IMG/VR virus record: IMGVR_UViG_3300015360_002415
Location: 2,281 to 66,280 of that record
Strand: one strand, 5' to 3'
From: a virus
Length of the DNA stretch: 64,000 nucleotides
Below the pieces are notes generated by a model. The model was not told where the DNA came from and made no database searches. It saw only the letters and a list, made by a program, of their open reading frames with translations. Positions 9,090-18,739 of the stretch are shown one piece after another (position 1 is the stretch's first letter; every line of letters begins with the position of its first letter). Both the position numbers and the translations under genes were made by a program.

Positions 9090-10208
9090 TTAACTTGTAG
9101 TGACGGTAATTTCTCCAAGACCAGTGAATTCACTCTCATATAATGAAAAGTTTTCTATGATTCCAAAATTATTCGTTAAAGTATAATCATTAATAAATGT
9201 GAAACCACCTTGTAAACCATTAACAGTAAAAATAATATTTCCAAAATTTGCTCTGCAAGCAAAATAAATACTTTGACCTGCTGTAGCCGTTGCAGTAAAG
9301 GTATAAACTTTTGTTCTAGTTAACGCGCTATCAGATAGTGTGAGTATAAAAACAGCACCAGTTTCACCTGGACTATTAGCTCCCCAATACATTTTTTGAA
9401 CCCAATATACAGTTGCGGTAGCTTCCTTTTGAATTCTACCTTGAATAGCAGATAATGTAAATGTAACAGAATCATTATGATTATTAAAAATAAATGATTC
9501 TACGCTGCTAAATGAATACTTATCAACATCTGGAATAGAGTCAGGAGTATTATTTTCATCATCTGTAATAGAAAGATTTGTAATATTAGGTAGGGTATAT
9601 GATGCAAGGAATGCTGGTGTTACTAGAGTATCACCTACTTCTATTAATGTACCGGCTGTAGGGGTTAAAGTCATTATTAATGGTTTAACATTATCTTCAT
9701 ATAGGTAATCTGGACACCAAGTACCAAAAGCATTGACTAAAACATATCCATCTAAAGGTGCAATATCAGCAATTGAATCACCCCTAATACCGATAACTGT
9801 TTGAATAAATGGACCTCCATCTAAATCTCCATTTCCTGAAAATGTTGAAACGTCAGCAGCAGGTTGTGGAATCCAGGCTGTGCCAGACCAAATAAGAACG
9901 TCTCCTGCTATTGGTTCAACAGAGGAGACTGGATTACCACGAATACCAATGACTTCAGGGGAAGATAATGTATTTCCTAAATCTCCATTCAATTCAATAA
10001 AATCAATAGAATTAACAGTAGTTTCAAGAGCATCTAATCTTGCTTTAACTGTCGATGATAATCCCCTGGGTTTGATGCCAAGTTCAGCTTCGATGGCTAG
10101 GATAGTATCTCTAAGACGATTTATGGTAACTGCACGGATTGGAGTAAAATTATCTACGACAGTTGGTAGATCAGAAGTGGTATCTATTTGAGCAGGATAT
10201 TTTGGCAT
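9090..10208 (-). CDS. Putative virion fibre protein
   Basis: N-terminal IEAELG..P.G..TV..RLD.LE module shared with 16152-18281; two GDL.G...V.G..G..P..G.VL.W...W.P repeats. Confidence 0.65.
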   Translation of the reverse strand: MPKYPAQIDTTSDLPTVVDNFTPIRAVTINRLRDTILAIEAELGIKPRGLSSTVKARLDALETTVNSIDFIELNGDLGNTLSSPEVIGIRGNPVSSVEPIAGDVLIWSGTAWIPQPAADVSTFSGNGDLDGGPFIQTVIGIRGDSIADIAPLDGYVLVNAFGTWCPDYLYEDNVKPLIMTLTPTAGTLIEVGDTLVTPAFLASYTLPNITNLSITDDENNTPDSIPDVDKYSFSSVESFIFNNHNDSVTFTLSAIQGRIQKEATATVYWVQKMYWGANSPGETGAVFILTLSDSALTRTKVYTFTATATAGQSIYFACRANFGNIIFTVNGLQGGFTFINDYTLTNNFGIIENFSLYESEFTGLGEITVTTS

Positions 10209-10232
10209 TTTATGACCTCAGCAATGTAATTA

Positions 10233-10252
10233 TATACTAAAAATTTAGTATA
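10233..10252. promoter_or_regulatory. Palindrome TATACTAAA-AA-TTTAGTATA between divergent genes; candidate bidirectional promoter/operator
   Basis: 9-bp perfect arms; each strand reads CTAA-N6-AGTAT. Confidence 0.5.
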
Positions 10253-10302
10253 AGATATATTACGAATGCACGTCTTTACACAATTACAAATAAGGGTATT
10301 TA

Positions 10303-10752
10303 ATGAAACATTTCCATAAAATTGCAGAATTAGCAAATAGATTCGAACATAAATTAGCTCAAATTGCAGCGACACAATCTGATACTACATCATTATTTTT
10401 TGATACTGAGAAAAAGCAAATAGCTTTTGATGCTGCAATTAAGAATGAAAAAGGCAAAGTATATCAATTAATGCTTGCATATTTCAACAAAAAAGATGCC
10501 AAAGGTATTCCTGGGCAAAATCCATGTTCCGTAAAAATATCAGCTTTTGCTCAAGATAAAAAGGCTTGGTGGTCAATTACAACTAATCCTGCAAATCTAA
10601 CTAATGTTTTAAAACCATATGTAGATACTGAATATAAAAATGTAATTGGCGAAAATATGGCTACAAGATTAGCTAAAATCCAAGCCGCAGTTGTGAAGGG
10701 TGACATTGGATCAGGCTCAATCTTAGTTGCTGATTTAGAATTTACGGTTTAA
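10303..10752 (+). CDS. Hypothetical protein
   Basis: 149-aa ORF, AAGGG RBS. Confidence 0.7.
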   Translation: MKHFHKIAELANRFEHKLAQIAATQSDTTSLFFDTEKKQIAFDAAIKNEKGKVYQLMLAYFNKKDAKGIPGQNPCSVKISAFAQDKKAWWSITTNPANLTNVLKPYVDTEYKNVIGENMATRLAKIQAAVVKGDIGSGSILVADLEFTV

Positions 10753-10753
10753 T

Positions 10754-11407
10754 ATGAGCATAGAAACATTAACACAAGAGGCTAAAAAGCATTTCCCAGA
10801 TCTAGAAATTAGATACAAAGATCAATCTATTTTTATGAAAGTCTTAGGAACATTAATGTTCTTCAATAAAGACTTCATGACTAAATATATTACAACTATT
10901 GGTTCTAAAGTCTATTTTCCAAGTGAAGAGCATGTAGCCACGCGACCATTAAGTAGCTCAATAACTTTATTACATGAATTAGTTCATATTTATGATTCTA
11001 AAAAGTTCACTAGTCTTCTATTTAGTTTTCTTTATCTAGTACCACAAATACTAATACTAGTTGCCTTACCATTAATGTTCATTAGCTGGAAAGTAGCACT
11101 AGTATTAATGGTACTATTTGCATTACCATTACCAGCATACTTTAGAATGTACTTCGAAAGAAGAGCATATATTTCTACATTATATGTTTATAAAACTATA
11201 GCTGATAGAACTAGTAAAGTTTTTGATTATAATAAACACAAAGAATCAGCTATAGCACAATTCAAAACATCAGCATATTATTATATGTGGATGTTTAAAG
11301 GTATTAAGAATGATTTTGATAAGGCAATTGTCGATGTAAAAGAAGGTAAGAAGCCTTATGATGACAAAATTTTAGATATCGTGGCAGATTTATCAAGATT
11401 TATCTAA
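10754..11407 (+). CDS. Membrane-associated putative Zn metallopeptidase (HExxH)
   Basis: TTIG..VYFP, LLHELVH, hydrophobic segment, then FERRAY. Confidence 0.65.
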   Translation: MSIETLTQEAKKHFPDLEIRYKDQSIFMKVLGTLMFFNKDFMTKYITTIGSKVYFPSEEHVATRPLSSSITLLHELVHIYDSKKFTSLLFSFLYLVPQILILVALPLMFISWKVALVLMVLFALPLPAYFRMYFERRAYISTLYVYKTIADRTSKVFDYNKHKESAIAQFKTSAYYYMWMFKGIKNDFDKAIVDVKEGKKPYDDKILDIVADLSRFI

Positions 11408-11461
11408 AGCTTTTCAGTTACTGATATAATAAGCGATACAGTAACTGTTCAAAGGAAAAGC

Positions 11462-12670
11462 ATGAACAATTTTGATGTTGGTATTATTGGTGCGGGTGTT
11501 GCTGGTGCTTTTGCTACTATGAAGATTGCAAAAGACCATAAAAATGTAAAAACTGTTGTTTTTGATTTGGGGCGCCCACCTATGAAACGTAGAAGGCAGT
11601 TGGAGGGATGGCTTGGCTGTCTCCCCAACAGCGACGGCAAATTATACCTAAATGATCTAACAAAAGTAGAAGAACTCGTTGGCGCTCGCAAAATCAAGAG
11701 CGCTCATAATACGTTCAATAATATTTTATCAGCAATTGATACATTCAAAATCATTAAAGATAAGTCACCTAGCATTTCTACTGAAAAAAGAATTAGAAAA
11801 GCTGGATTCGATATAGCTTTAAATGACTACACTCAAATTTATCCAAAAGACATTCACGCCTTATCTAAAATGATGGCAGACCAAATAGAACTTTCTAAGA
11901 ATATTACATTCAGTTTCGATAATGAAGTAACTAAGGTTTATAAGCAAAAAGGTATGTTCATAATTTCTACACAAGAAAAAGAATATAAGTGTAAGAAAAT
12001 TATAATTGCTGTTGGTCGTAGTGGTTGGCGCTGGGCAAAAGACGTATATTCAAATTTTGGAATCATTGACAATAATGATATAGCTAAATTTGGTATTAGG
12101 GTCGAAATGAATGCGCCAAATCTAAAAGACTTCAATAAATCAAATTGCACTCTAACTAAAGGTGATTTAGAACTAGGTCCATTTTCATGGTTCGGAACAG
12201 TAATTCCAGAAGATCATATTGAATTAGCTATTTCGGCTTTTAGATCTAATGAGAATAGGTGGAAAACAGATAAAGTATCTTTCAATCTTATTGGTAGCAA
12301 GCCATTTCCAAACAAAGGATTTGAACAAACAGATAGGATAGGAAACTTAACATTTGTATTAGCTAACGATAGAATTCTTAAAGAAAGAGTTTCAACGATT
12401 ATGACGGATAAAAGTAAAATATCAGTCATACCTGAGTATAGCTGGTTAGCAGAATCACTTACAGAAGTATCAGCTTTCATACCAGATTTGTTAACTAAAG
12501 CTTATTTTCATGTTCCAACGATATTACCTATTGGTCCAAAGATCAATATTGGTTCTAATCTTGAGACAGAAGTTGATGGAATGTTTGTAGTAGGAGAGAG
12601 TACTGGTGTACCAGGAATACTTTCCGCTGCTACAATGGGTATAATTGCAAGCGATTCCGTTTGCAAATAA
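11462..12670 (+). CDS. FAD-dependent oxidoreductase (COG2509-like)
   Basis: IIGAGVAG dinucleotide-binding motif, SDGKL, IAVGRSG, LETEVDGMFVVGE..G...GILSA. Confidence 0.8.
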   Translation: MNNFDVGIIGAGVAGAFATMKIAKDHKNVKTVVFDLGRPPMKRRRQLEGWLGCLPNSDGKLYLNDLTKVEELVGARKIKSAHNTFNNILSAIDTFKIIKDKSPSISTEKRIRKAGFDIALNDYTQIYPKDIHALSKMMADQIELSKNITFSFDNEVTKVYKQKGMFIISTQEKEYKCKKIIIAVGRSGWRWAKDVYSNFGIIDNNDIAKFGIRVEMNAPNLKDFNKSNCTLTKGDLELGPFSWFGTVIPEDHIELAISAFRSNENRWKTDKVSFNLIGSKPFPNKGFEQTDRIGNLTFVLANDRILKERVSTIMTDKSKISVIPEYSWLAESLTEVSAFIPDLLTKAYFHVPTILPIGPKINIGSNLETEVDGMFVVGESTGVPGILSAATMGIIASDSVCK

Positions 12671-12744
12671 TGTAATTGCAGATATATCAAAGTGATAGAT
12701 ATAGCAATTACTTAAGCCTGTATCTATAAATTATAGAGAACATA

Positions 12745-13107
12745 ATGTCAAATAAAACAAATTCAGATACTAGTAGTACTCAATCAGCCAGCGAAGATTT
12801 TAAAGATCAGAATCTCAAACACAATCTAAGTAAGTTTGATTATGATTTGTATCATGAAGAAGATAATGTATCTGAAAAAGTAATTCGTATTAAACGATTT
12901 TCAATGCCAAACAAAGGTGAGCGTTGGAAGATCTTTGAAGATAATAAGGTAGAATTTATTGTAGAAGGTGCCAAACTAACAATCAAGGAGCGTGAGTTTT
13001 TACGAACTGTTGATGGTATTAACTTTCTTCTCAGTCAATTCAAAGCTGGTATCCGCTCGTTCAATTCATTGAAAATTGAGCTTAAGAAAAAATTAACGAC
13101 GCCTTGA
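12745..13107 (+). CDS. Hypothetical protein
   Basis: 120-aa ORF in a co-oriented cluster. Confidence 0.7.
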   Translation: MSNKTNSDTSSTQSASEDFKDQNLKHNLSKFDYDLYHEEDNVSEKVIRIKRFSMPNKGERWKIFEDNKVEFIVEGAKLTIKEREFLRTVDGINFLLSQFKAGIRSFNSLKIELKKKLTTP

Positions 13108-13133
13108 CAAACGTATTCTCATAATTATACTAT
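13104..13133 (+). promoter_or_regulatory. Sigma70-like promoter
   Basis: TTGACA followed by TATACT (16-nt spacer) or TACTAT (18-nt spacer). Confidence 0.55.
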
Positions 13134-13161
13134 ACTAGTACAATCACCAAAGGTGGAAATT

Positions 13162-13752
13162 ATGGAATACGTTATTTATGTTTGCGACACTGAAACGACT
13201 GGTCTTGATAGCCGTTTACACGATGTAATTGAATTATCAATGCATCGCATAACCGATGATGTCCAGAAAACTTGGAGCCTAAAACCTTTTAATGTTGATA
13301 GCATTGATCCAGGTGCTTTACGTGTTAATGGTCATAAACTTGAAGATTTAAAACTTCAAACAAAACATGGCAGAGACACATATCAAGATCCAATGAAGGT
13401 AATCGTTGAGATTGAAAACTGGATGATGGAAGATAACGTTAGCACTGAAAACAGAGTCATCTGTGGTCATAACGTCGCTTTTGATCGTGACATGATTACT
13501 CAGTTATGGAACAAGTGTAATTCTAAGGATACATTCCCATTTGGTCGTAGAATGATGGATACAATGATGGTTGAATTCATGATCGATTATGCAAAAGGTT
13601 CTATGGCTGAAGGATACAGCCTAAATAATCTTATCAAAAAGCATGGTGTAAAGAATGATAAAGCACATACTGCTGCTGGTGACGTTAAAGCCACTAAAGA
13701 AGTATTCGAAAAACAAATGTCTTTTCTAAAGAGTTTAGTACAAGGCAAGTAA
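13162..13752 (+). CDS. DEDDh 3'-5' exonuclease (second paralog)
   Basis: CDTETTG, GHNVAFD, HTAAGD; ATG 13162 after an AGGTGG RBS. Confidence 0.9.
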   Translation: MEYVIYVCDTETTGLDSRLHDVIELSMHRITDDVQKTWSLKPFNVDSIDPGALRVNGHKLEDLKLQTKHGRDTYQDPMKVIVEIENWMMEDNVSTENRVICGHNVAFDRDMITQLWNKCNSKDTFPFGRRMMDTMMVEFMIDYAKGSMAEGYSLNNLIKKHGVKNDKAHTAAGDVKATKEVFEKQMSFLKSLVQGK

Positions 13753-14735
13753 TGTATAAGATATTGTATGCAGCAGGAGCTAGTGAAAGCTCTAAGATTC
13801 AATTATCTAGATTTGCAACAGCAGTTCAAGATAGTTCAAACATAATCAAATATGCTGCATACAATAAATCTTCAGGCGGATTACCTATAGACTGGTCACT
13901 TGATTCTCTGTTAAATATATTCAAACCAGATCATATTTCTACTGATAATGATAATTTTCATATATATTTCGAGCAGATAAAATCATTTGCACCTGATCTA
14001 ATAATTAGTGATTTAGAATATTTCAGTTCTCATATTGCTAATGTATTGGACATACCTTTATGGCAATGTAGTTCATCAATTATTAATCTAGCCATATCTC
14101 ATTATGAAAAATACAATCTTGGATTGTTTAAAACATATTCGTATCTTTTACATAATAAACCATTACATAATCAACGAATAGCTAATATAATTGATAACTC
14201 TAATAGTAATTTTGTCTATTCTCATCTAGGTGACTTAGATAATGCGCCAAAGCTAAAGAATAATTTTGAATGGATTAGACCATATTTCACTACTGGTAAA
14301 ATTTCCATACCTTGTAAACATAATATTGTGGCAGGTATGTCTAAGAACAATAAGAAGATATTCGCTTTGCTACAAAAATATCAAGATTGTGTTGCTTTTT
14401 CTGATTTTTGCGATGAAAGATATGCTAATTTACAATTAAAGGATATAAGGAATCAAGAAGAATATTTCTGTAATCTAAGAAACTCTAACCTATTTGTATG
14501 TGAAGGTCAGACTAGTTTTTTGGCAGATGCCTATTACAATAATAAGTACTCTGTAGTAATGACAGATTTTAAAGATCTAGAGTGTATTATCAATAGTATG
14601 TACTCAGAACATATGAAAATTAGCTCTTCGATATATGGTTCGCAAGAAGATTTGACTAGATTCGTAGATAATCAAATTGTAAGCAATCAGAAAGATAACA
14701 TAAAATTTCTACATGAAAAATTGGAAGAGCTATGA
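13752..14735 (+). CDS. Divergent GT-B glycosyltransferase-like protein (MJ1255/VC2487-like)
   Basis: KILYA N-terminus, F.PDLIISDLEY, EGQTSFLADAYY (like the G..l..EA.y motif). Confidence 0.55.
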   Translation: MYKILYAAGASESSKIQLSRFATAVQDSSNIIKYAAYNKSSGGLPIDWSLDSLLNIFKPDHISTDNDNFHIYFEQIKSFAPDLIISDLEYFSSHIANVLDIPLWQCSSSIINLAISHYEKYNLGLFKTYSYLLHNKPLHNQRIANIIDNSNSNFVYSHLGDLDNAPKLKNNFEWIRPYFTTGKISIPCKHNIVAGMSKNNKKIFALLQKYQDCVAFSDFCDERYANLQLKDIRNQEEYFCNLRNSNLFVCEGQTSFLADAYYNNKYSVVMTDFKDLECIINSMYSEHMKISSSIYGSQEDLTRFVDNQIVSNQKDNIKFLHEKLEEL

Positions 14736-14772
14736 TATATCTAATAAGTATAGGGAATTTAAAGGAAATTAA

Positions 14773-15264
14773 ATGAAGACTAATGAAAATCAAGATGGTG
14801 TAAAGAGGTTTCAGACTCCAGGTAGAACCAAAATCATTAAGGGTAGCATTTTAGCACCAGAGAATGCTGGTCTTAGATTCGTACTATCTGTAACCAATAC
14901 GCTTGGTAAAGCTGAAAGCCCACTTTATCCATTATTTGAGAAGAAGTGGAAGAAGGTCCGTGAAGAGGCTAGGGGCTGGTACGCAACTAAAACCGGAACT
15001 TATAAACTTGGTGCTGTAAACACAACAGCCGTTCAAAGTGATACCTGGGTTATTCATTTACTTTGCCAAGATGATAAATTAGTAACTTCAGAATCAGCCA
15101 TCGTTGATTGTTTGAAAAAGGTTTGTACCATGGCAAAATATGAAAGAGCATCAGTGCATGTTTCTACTATTTTAACTGAAGCTGTTCCAGAATTAACTCC
15201 TCTATTGAAAGAGCACTTACTAGACAATGGTGTAAGCGTTTATTTCTATGAAGAGCCTGTATAA
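14773..15264 (+). CDS. Divergent macro-domain-like protein (Poa1p/DarG-like fold)
   Basis: IIKGSIL, N..G, FEKKW..VRE, YKLGAV, WVIHLLCQ, CLKKV...A, ASVH, GVSVYFY pattern; Gly-rich loops eroded. Confidence 0.5.
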   Translation: MKTNENQDGVKRFQTPGRTKIIKGSILAPENAGLRFVLSVTNTLGKAESPLYPLFEKKWKKVREEARGWYATKTGTYKLGAVNTTAVQSDTWVIHLLCQDDKLVTSESAIVDCLKKVCTMAKYERASVHVSTILTEAVPELTPLLKEHLLDNGVSVYFYEEPV

Positions 15265-15285
15265 AATTTAATATTCGAATATTTT

Positions 15286-15329
15286 AGGGCGGTGAGATAT
15301 CAATCGATATTTTGCCGCCCTTTTCTTTT
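15286..15329 (+). terminator. Rho-independent terminator
   Basis: AGGGCGGTGAGATATC / GATATTTTGCCGCCCT stem followed by TTTCTTTT. Confidence 0.85.
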
Positions 15330-15364
15330 GTCCAAAATTCATATCGTTAGTCAGACATATTACT

Positions 15365-16075
15365 ATGCCAATACAAAATGATGCAAATATAGATCAATTG
15401 ATAACTGAAGTGTCATCTTTGTTTAAAAATAAAGAACAATTCAACCAACCTCAACCTACTACAAATCCAGGTTTCAACTATTCAGATTTAGATGAAGTTG
15501 CAACAGTTGCAACATCTGCACCACAAGCGCCAATAAGAGGCACTTTTGCTTGTTCAGGTGTTTTCGGTTCAGGTGATGCAAGACATGCCGGAGTTCACAA
15601 TGGTGTAGACCTTAGAACCCCTGGTGGTAGTTCAGTGTATCCTATGCTTCCAGGTATTGTATCTTCTGTAGGTAGCTCTTCAAAAAGTGGTAATTACATT
15701 TCAATTTCACATAATGATGGTATTTCTACTTATTACGCTCATCTTGGATCTGTTACTGTTCATAAAGGTGATAAGGTAACAAAAGATACTGTTATTGGAA
15801 CTGTTGGTGATTCTGGAAATGCAGCAGGTACCATGCCTCATGTTCATTTTGAAGTATCAGAGAATAAAAAGAAAATTAATCCAGCTCAATATTTTACAGT
15901 TCCTCCATACACAAATCCATCTAAAAATGAGAAATCATGGATTTCTGATGAACATAAAACACAAGCACGTTCTTTTAAGATCAATGATCATCTAAGGGCT
16001 CGCAGAGCAGAGTTTACTAAAAATGTAGATAATTTGCTTAAGATAGCTCACACATTCAATAAATTAACTCGTTAA
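15365..16075 (+). CDS. M23 family peptidoglycan endopeptidase
   Basis: HNGVDL, YAHL, IGTVGDSGNA, PHVHFEV, INP. Confidence 0.92.
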   Translation: MPIQNDANIDQLITEVSSLFKNKEQFNQPQPTTNPGFNYSDLDEVATVATSAPQAPIRGTFACSGVFGSGDARHAGVHNGVDLRTPGGSSVYPMLPGIVSSVGSSSKSGNYISISHNDGISTYYAHLGSVTVHKGDKVTKDTVIGTVGDSGNAAGTMPHVHFEVSENKKKINPAQYFTVPPYTNPSKNEKSWISDEHKTQARSFKINDHLRARRAEFTKNVDNLLKIAHTFNKLTR

Positions 16076-16104
16076 GACAGTCACTGAAGCACAGATACGA
16101 CTAG

Positions 16105-16133
16105 AGGCGGCATCCAATTTTAAGGAGCCGCCT
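16105..16133. terminator. Hairpin between convergent genes, probable terminator
   Basis: AGGCGGC(A)TCC...GGAGCCGCCT stem. Confidence 0.6.
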
Positions 16134-16151
16134 ATAATGTTTTAAATTATG

Positions 16152-18281
16152 TTAGATGATGCTCCACTGAGAGCCTGTATAAGCTAATGTAACGCTTTGA
16201 TAGTTTGAAGTCAGTACATATTCAATATTTCCATCAATATTATTTGTATTTCCATTAATTGTAATATTGTTAGTTCCAGCTGAACCAAGTATATCTTTAA
16301 TATAAAGGGTTCTGCCTGAAACAGGTGATGTTGGAAGTATTACAAGTGCTGCACCACCAGTACAATCAACCTTAATTAAAGTATCAGTATCTACGACGTT
16401 ATGGGATGATAACCATGATGTTGCTGCACCAATAACTGTCCAGCCACCCATATTGGCTGGAGTCCATGATGTGTTATCATATCTAAGCGTTTGACCAAGA
16501 GTTGGAGTAGTCGCACTAACAGGAACATCACGTAAAGATACGATAGCTGAAAAACTAACTGTTCCAGCCGCATCAAAAGTACTACTTAACACAATTCCAG
16601 GATTACTTACATCATATAAATATAGCTTACATATTAACGGTCCTGTTACAGCTACAGCTTCGAATTGCAGTAAATAAGCTACTCTAAATGACGGATCAGA
16701 TGCTATTGTTGTTGGAAAGGATATTGAGCTTGCACCAAGCACAACTGACGGACCCAAAGTTGTAAGTTCCTTCAATCCAGTTAAACTTGCAAGAATTATT
16801 CTTTCATTTGTTGAATCATAAGTTGTTGATTTGATATTATCAGCAACACCTACCGTTACAATCGTACCTGCTACTACGTTTAATTGACCGACACTATTGG
16901 AAGTAGTATTAGAATAATAAATGTATCCAGTACCACCATATTCAATAAAAGTTAAACCAATAGGAACTGTTAATTCTCCAGTTGTAATGGCAATACCTGT
17001 AACAGTTGCAGTCATTACATCAATTTTAGTAAAATCACCGAAACCAGAAATCCATATTAAATCCTGTACACTATCAAATATCATTTCTCCACATGTGGAT
17101 AATCCAGGCAATAATGTAGCTGTAATAGCATTAGTTGTAGGATCTAATTGAGTAAGTGTTACTACACCAGCATTTGATGACAATGCCCAGATATGATTAC
17201 TAGCTGCCTCATAAATAACATTATAACATTTATTAACCTGAGTAGCAATAACTGAATGATCAGACAAGTCGATTCTAAGCACATATCCAATAGTAGAATC
17301 TGACACTAATTGCACTGCAACCCATAATGTATACCCATCAGTACAAACACCATTACCACCAGTAGTTGTTAAACCAGATGTAATTGCCGTATATTGAGAA
17401 GGTATTCTATATATTGCATTATCATTAGGACCACCAATAGTCAATTTGTATATATCGTTTGCTCTTAAAATAAATAATGCACTGGATGTAACTGACATAG
17501 AGCATGGTTTTGATAGTGCATCGACAGTCAAGTAATTACCAACTTTTAGTGATCCTGCATTTATATTTCCTGCAAAAGCACCATTAAGCCTTTCAACTTC
17601 TTGATAAATTGATGTTCCAACCAAATCTCCACCGACTTGAAATGTATCCGCTGGAACGCTAGGAATCCATTCAGATCCAGATTGATCCCAAGTTAAAACA
17701 TAGCCATCACCTGGAACATCACTTGATACATCTCTGCCTTGTAACCCTACAACTGTTTGAGTAGAATCATTTCCAGAAAGGTCGCCTCCTGCGGTAAAAC
17801 TTCCACCACCAGATGATTCAGCAGGAACCCATTGCAACTCAGATTGATCCCAAGTTAAAACATAACCATCACCTGGAGCATTGTTAGATACATCTCTGCC
17901 TTGTAACCCTACAACTGTTTGAGTAGTAGAATCTCCAGAAATATCACCACCTCCTATAAAGATATTGGCTAAAACCCAATAACCATCTCTACGAGTATAA
18001 AGACCTTCGTGCTCATAACCATCTTGTCTAAGGAATAATGAACCATCAACACGGTTTTCAGACGGCTCGCCATCACCTGTACTAATAGTTACTCCATCAT
18101 TGCCAATAATAAAAGGATTATCAACAGTAGGAGAAGCCGCTAAAGGGTTACTTATGCGATTTTCAAGAATATCTAATCTTACACGAACATTGGCGTAAAC
18201 ACCGCCAGGTGTAGTTCCAAGATCTTCTTTTATTTCTTCGACCTCTGTTACAAGATCGTTTACGGTATCTGTTATAGACAT
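16152..18281 (-). CDS. Tail fibre / receptor-binding-like protein with repeats and a propeller-like middle region
   Basis: Shared N-terminal anchor, GGDL.G repeats, beta-rich blades, C-terminal domain shared with 7440-7961. Confidence 0.7.
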   Translation of the reverse strand: MSITDTVNDLVTEVEEIKEDLGTTPGGVYANVRVRLDILENRISNPLAASPTVDNPFIIGNDGVTISTGDGEPSENRVDGSLFLRQDGYEHEGLYTRRDGYWVLANIFIGGGDISGDSTTQTVVGLQGRDVSNNAPGDGYVLTWDQSELQWVPAESSGGGSFTAGGDLSGNDSTQTVVGLQGRDVSSDVPGDGYVLTWDQSGSEWIPSVPADTFQVGGDLVGTSIYQEVERLNGAFAGNINAGSLKVGNYLTVDALSKPCSMSVTSSALFILRANDIYKLTIGGPNDNAIYRIPSQYTAITSGLTTTGGNGVCTDGYTLWVAVQLVSDSTIGYVLRIDLSDHSVIATQVNKCYNVIYEAASNHIWALSSNAGVVTLTQLDPTTNAITATLLPGLSTCGEMIFDSVQDLIWISGFGDFTKIDVMTATVTGIAITTGELTVPIGLTFIEYGGTGYIYYSNTTSNSVGQLNVVAGTIVTVGVADNIKSTTYDSTNERIILASLTGLKELTTLGPSVVLGASSISFPTTIASDPSFRVAYLLQFEAVAVTGPLICKLYLYDVSNPGIVLSSTFDAAGTVSFSAIVSLRDVPVSATTPTLGQTLRYDNTSWTPANMGGWTVIGAATSWLSSHNVVDTDTLIKVDCTGGAALVILPTSPVSGRTLYIKDILGSAGTNNITINGNTNNIDGNIEYVLTSNYQSVTLAYTGSQWSII
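17678..17926 (-). repeat. 162-bp-period intragenic repeat (TQTVVGLQGRDVS..PGDGYVLTWDQS x2)
   Basis: Near-identical DNA at 17678-17764 and 17840-17926. Confidence 0.9.
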
Positions 18282-18316
18282 AGGTGAACCTTATAGTTAC
18301 TGGATTACTCAGTAAT

Positions 18317-18331
18317 ATGTTGGATTTTTAG
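18317..18331 (-). promoter_or_regulatory. Candidate phage late promoter CTAA-AAATCC-AACAT
   Basis: Matches the motif at 10233, 26763 and 61169; upstream of a fibre gene. Confidence 0.35.
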
Positions 18332-18355
18332 TATGTATATAACTAAATGATACTA

Positions 18356-18739
18356 TTACCTAACATTGACAACAATGCCCATTGCCTCAGCCGATGCTCT
18401 GAATGCTGCTCGACGAGTATATTTAGTAGTATTAATACTTCCCTGTGTATGATCATCTTGTGCATCATTTTCATTATCTTCACCAACTACTGATCCAAGA
18501 AATACACGTACATCAGTAACACCAGATAAAGCATTTTCTATGGCTTGCATTTCCGCAAGATTACCTTGCCCTCCTGCGTAATAGAATTTAGGTGTAGGCG
18601 GGGCTCCAAATAATTCTGTTCCTTGAGGAAAAGCTACAACCATTGTTGTAGCTAAAGAAGGATGAATAGCTGCAAGAGCAGTATTAACTGCTGTTTGAGC
18701 GTTAGGGCTACATACAATCCAAATACGTACTTGTGTCAT
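18356..18739 (-). CDS. Hypothetical protein (possible fibre accessory)
   Basis: Likely start MTQVRI at 18739 with GGAG RBS and ATGA overlap. Confidence 0.65.
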   Translation of the reverse strand: MTQVRIWIVCSPNAQTAVNTALAAIHPSLATTMVVAFPQGTELFGAPPTPKFYYAGGQGNLAEMQAIENALSGVTDVRVFLGSVVGEDNENDAQDDHTQGSINTTKYTRRAAFRASAEAMGIVVNVR

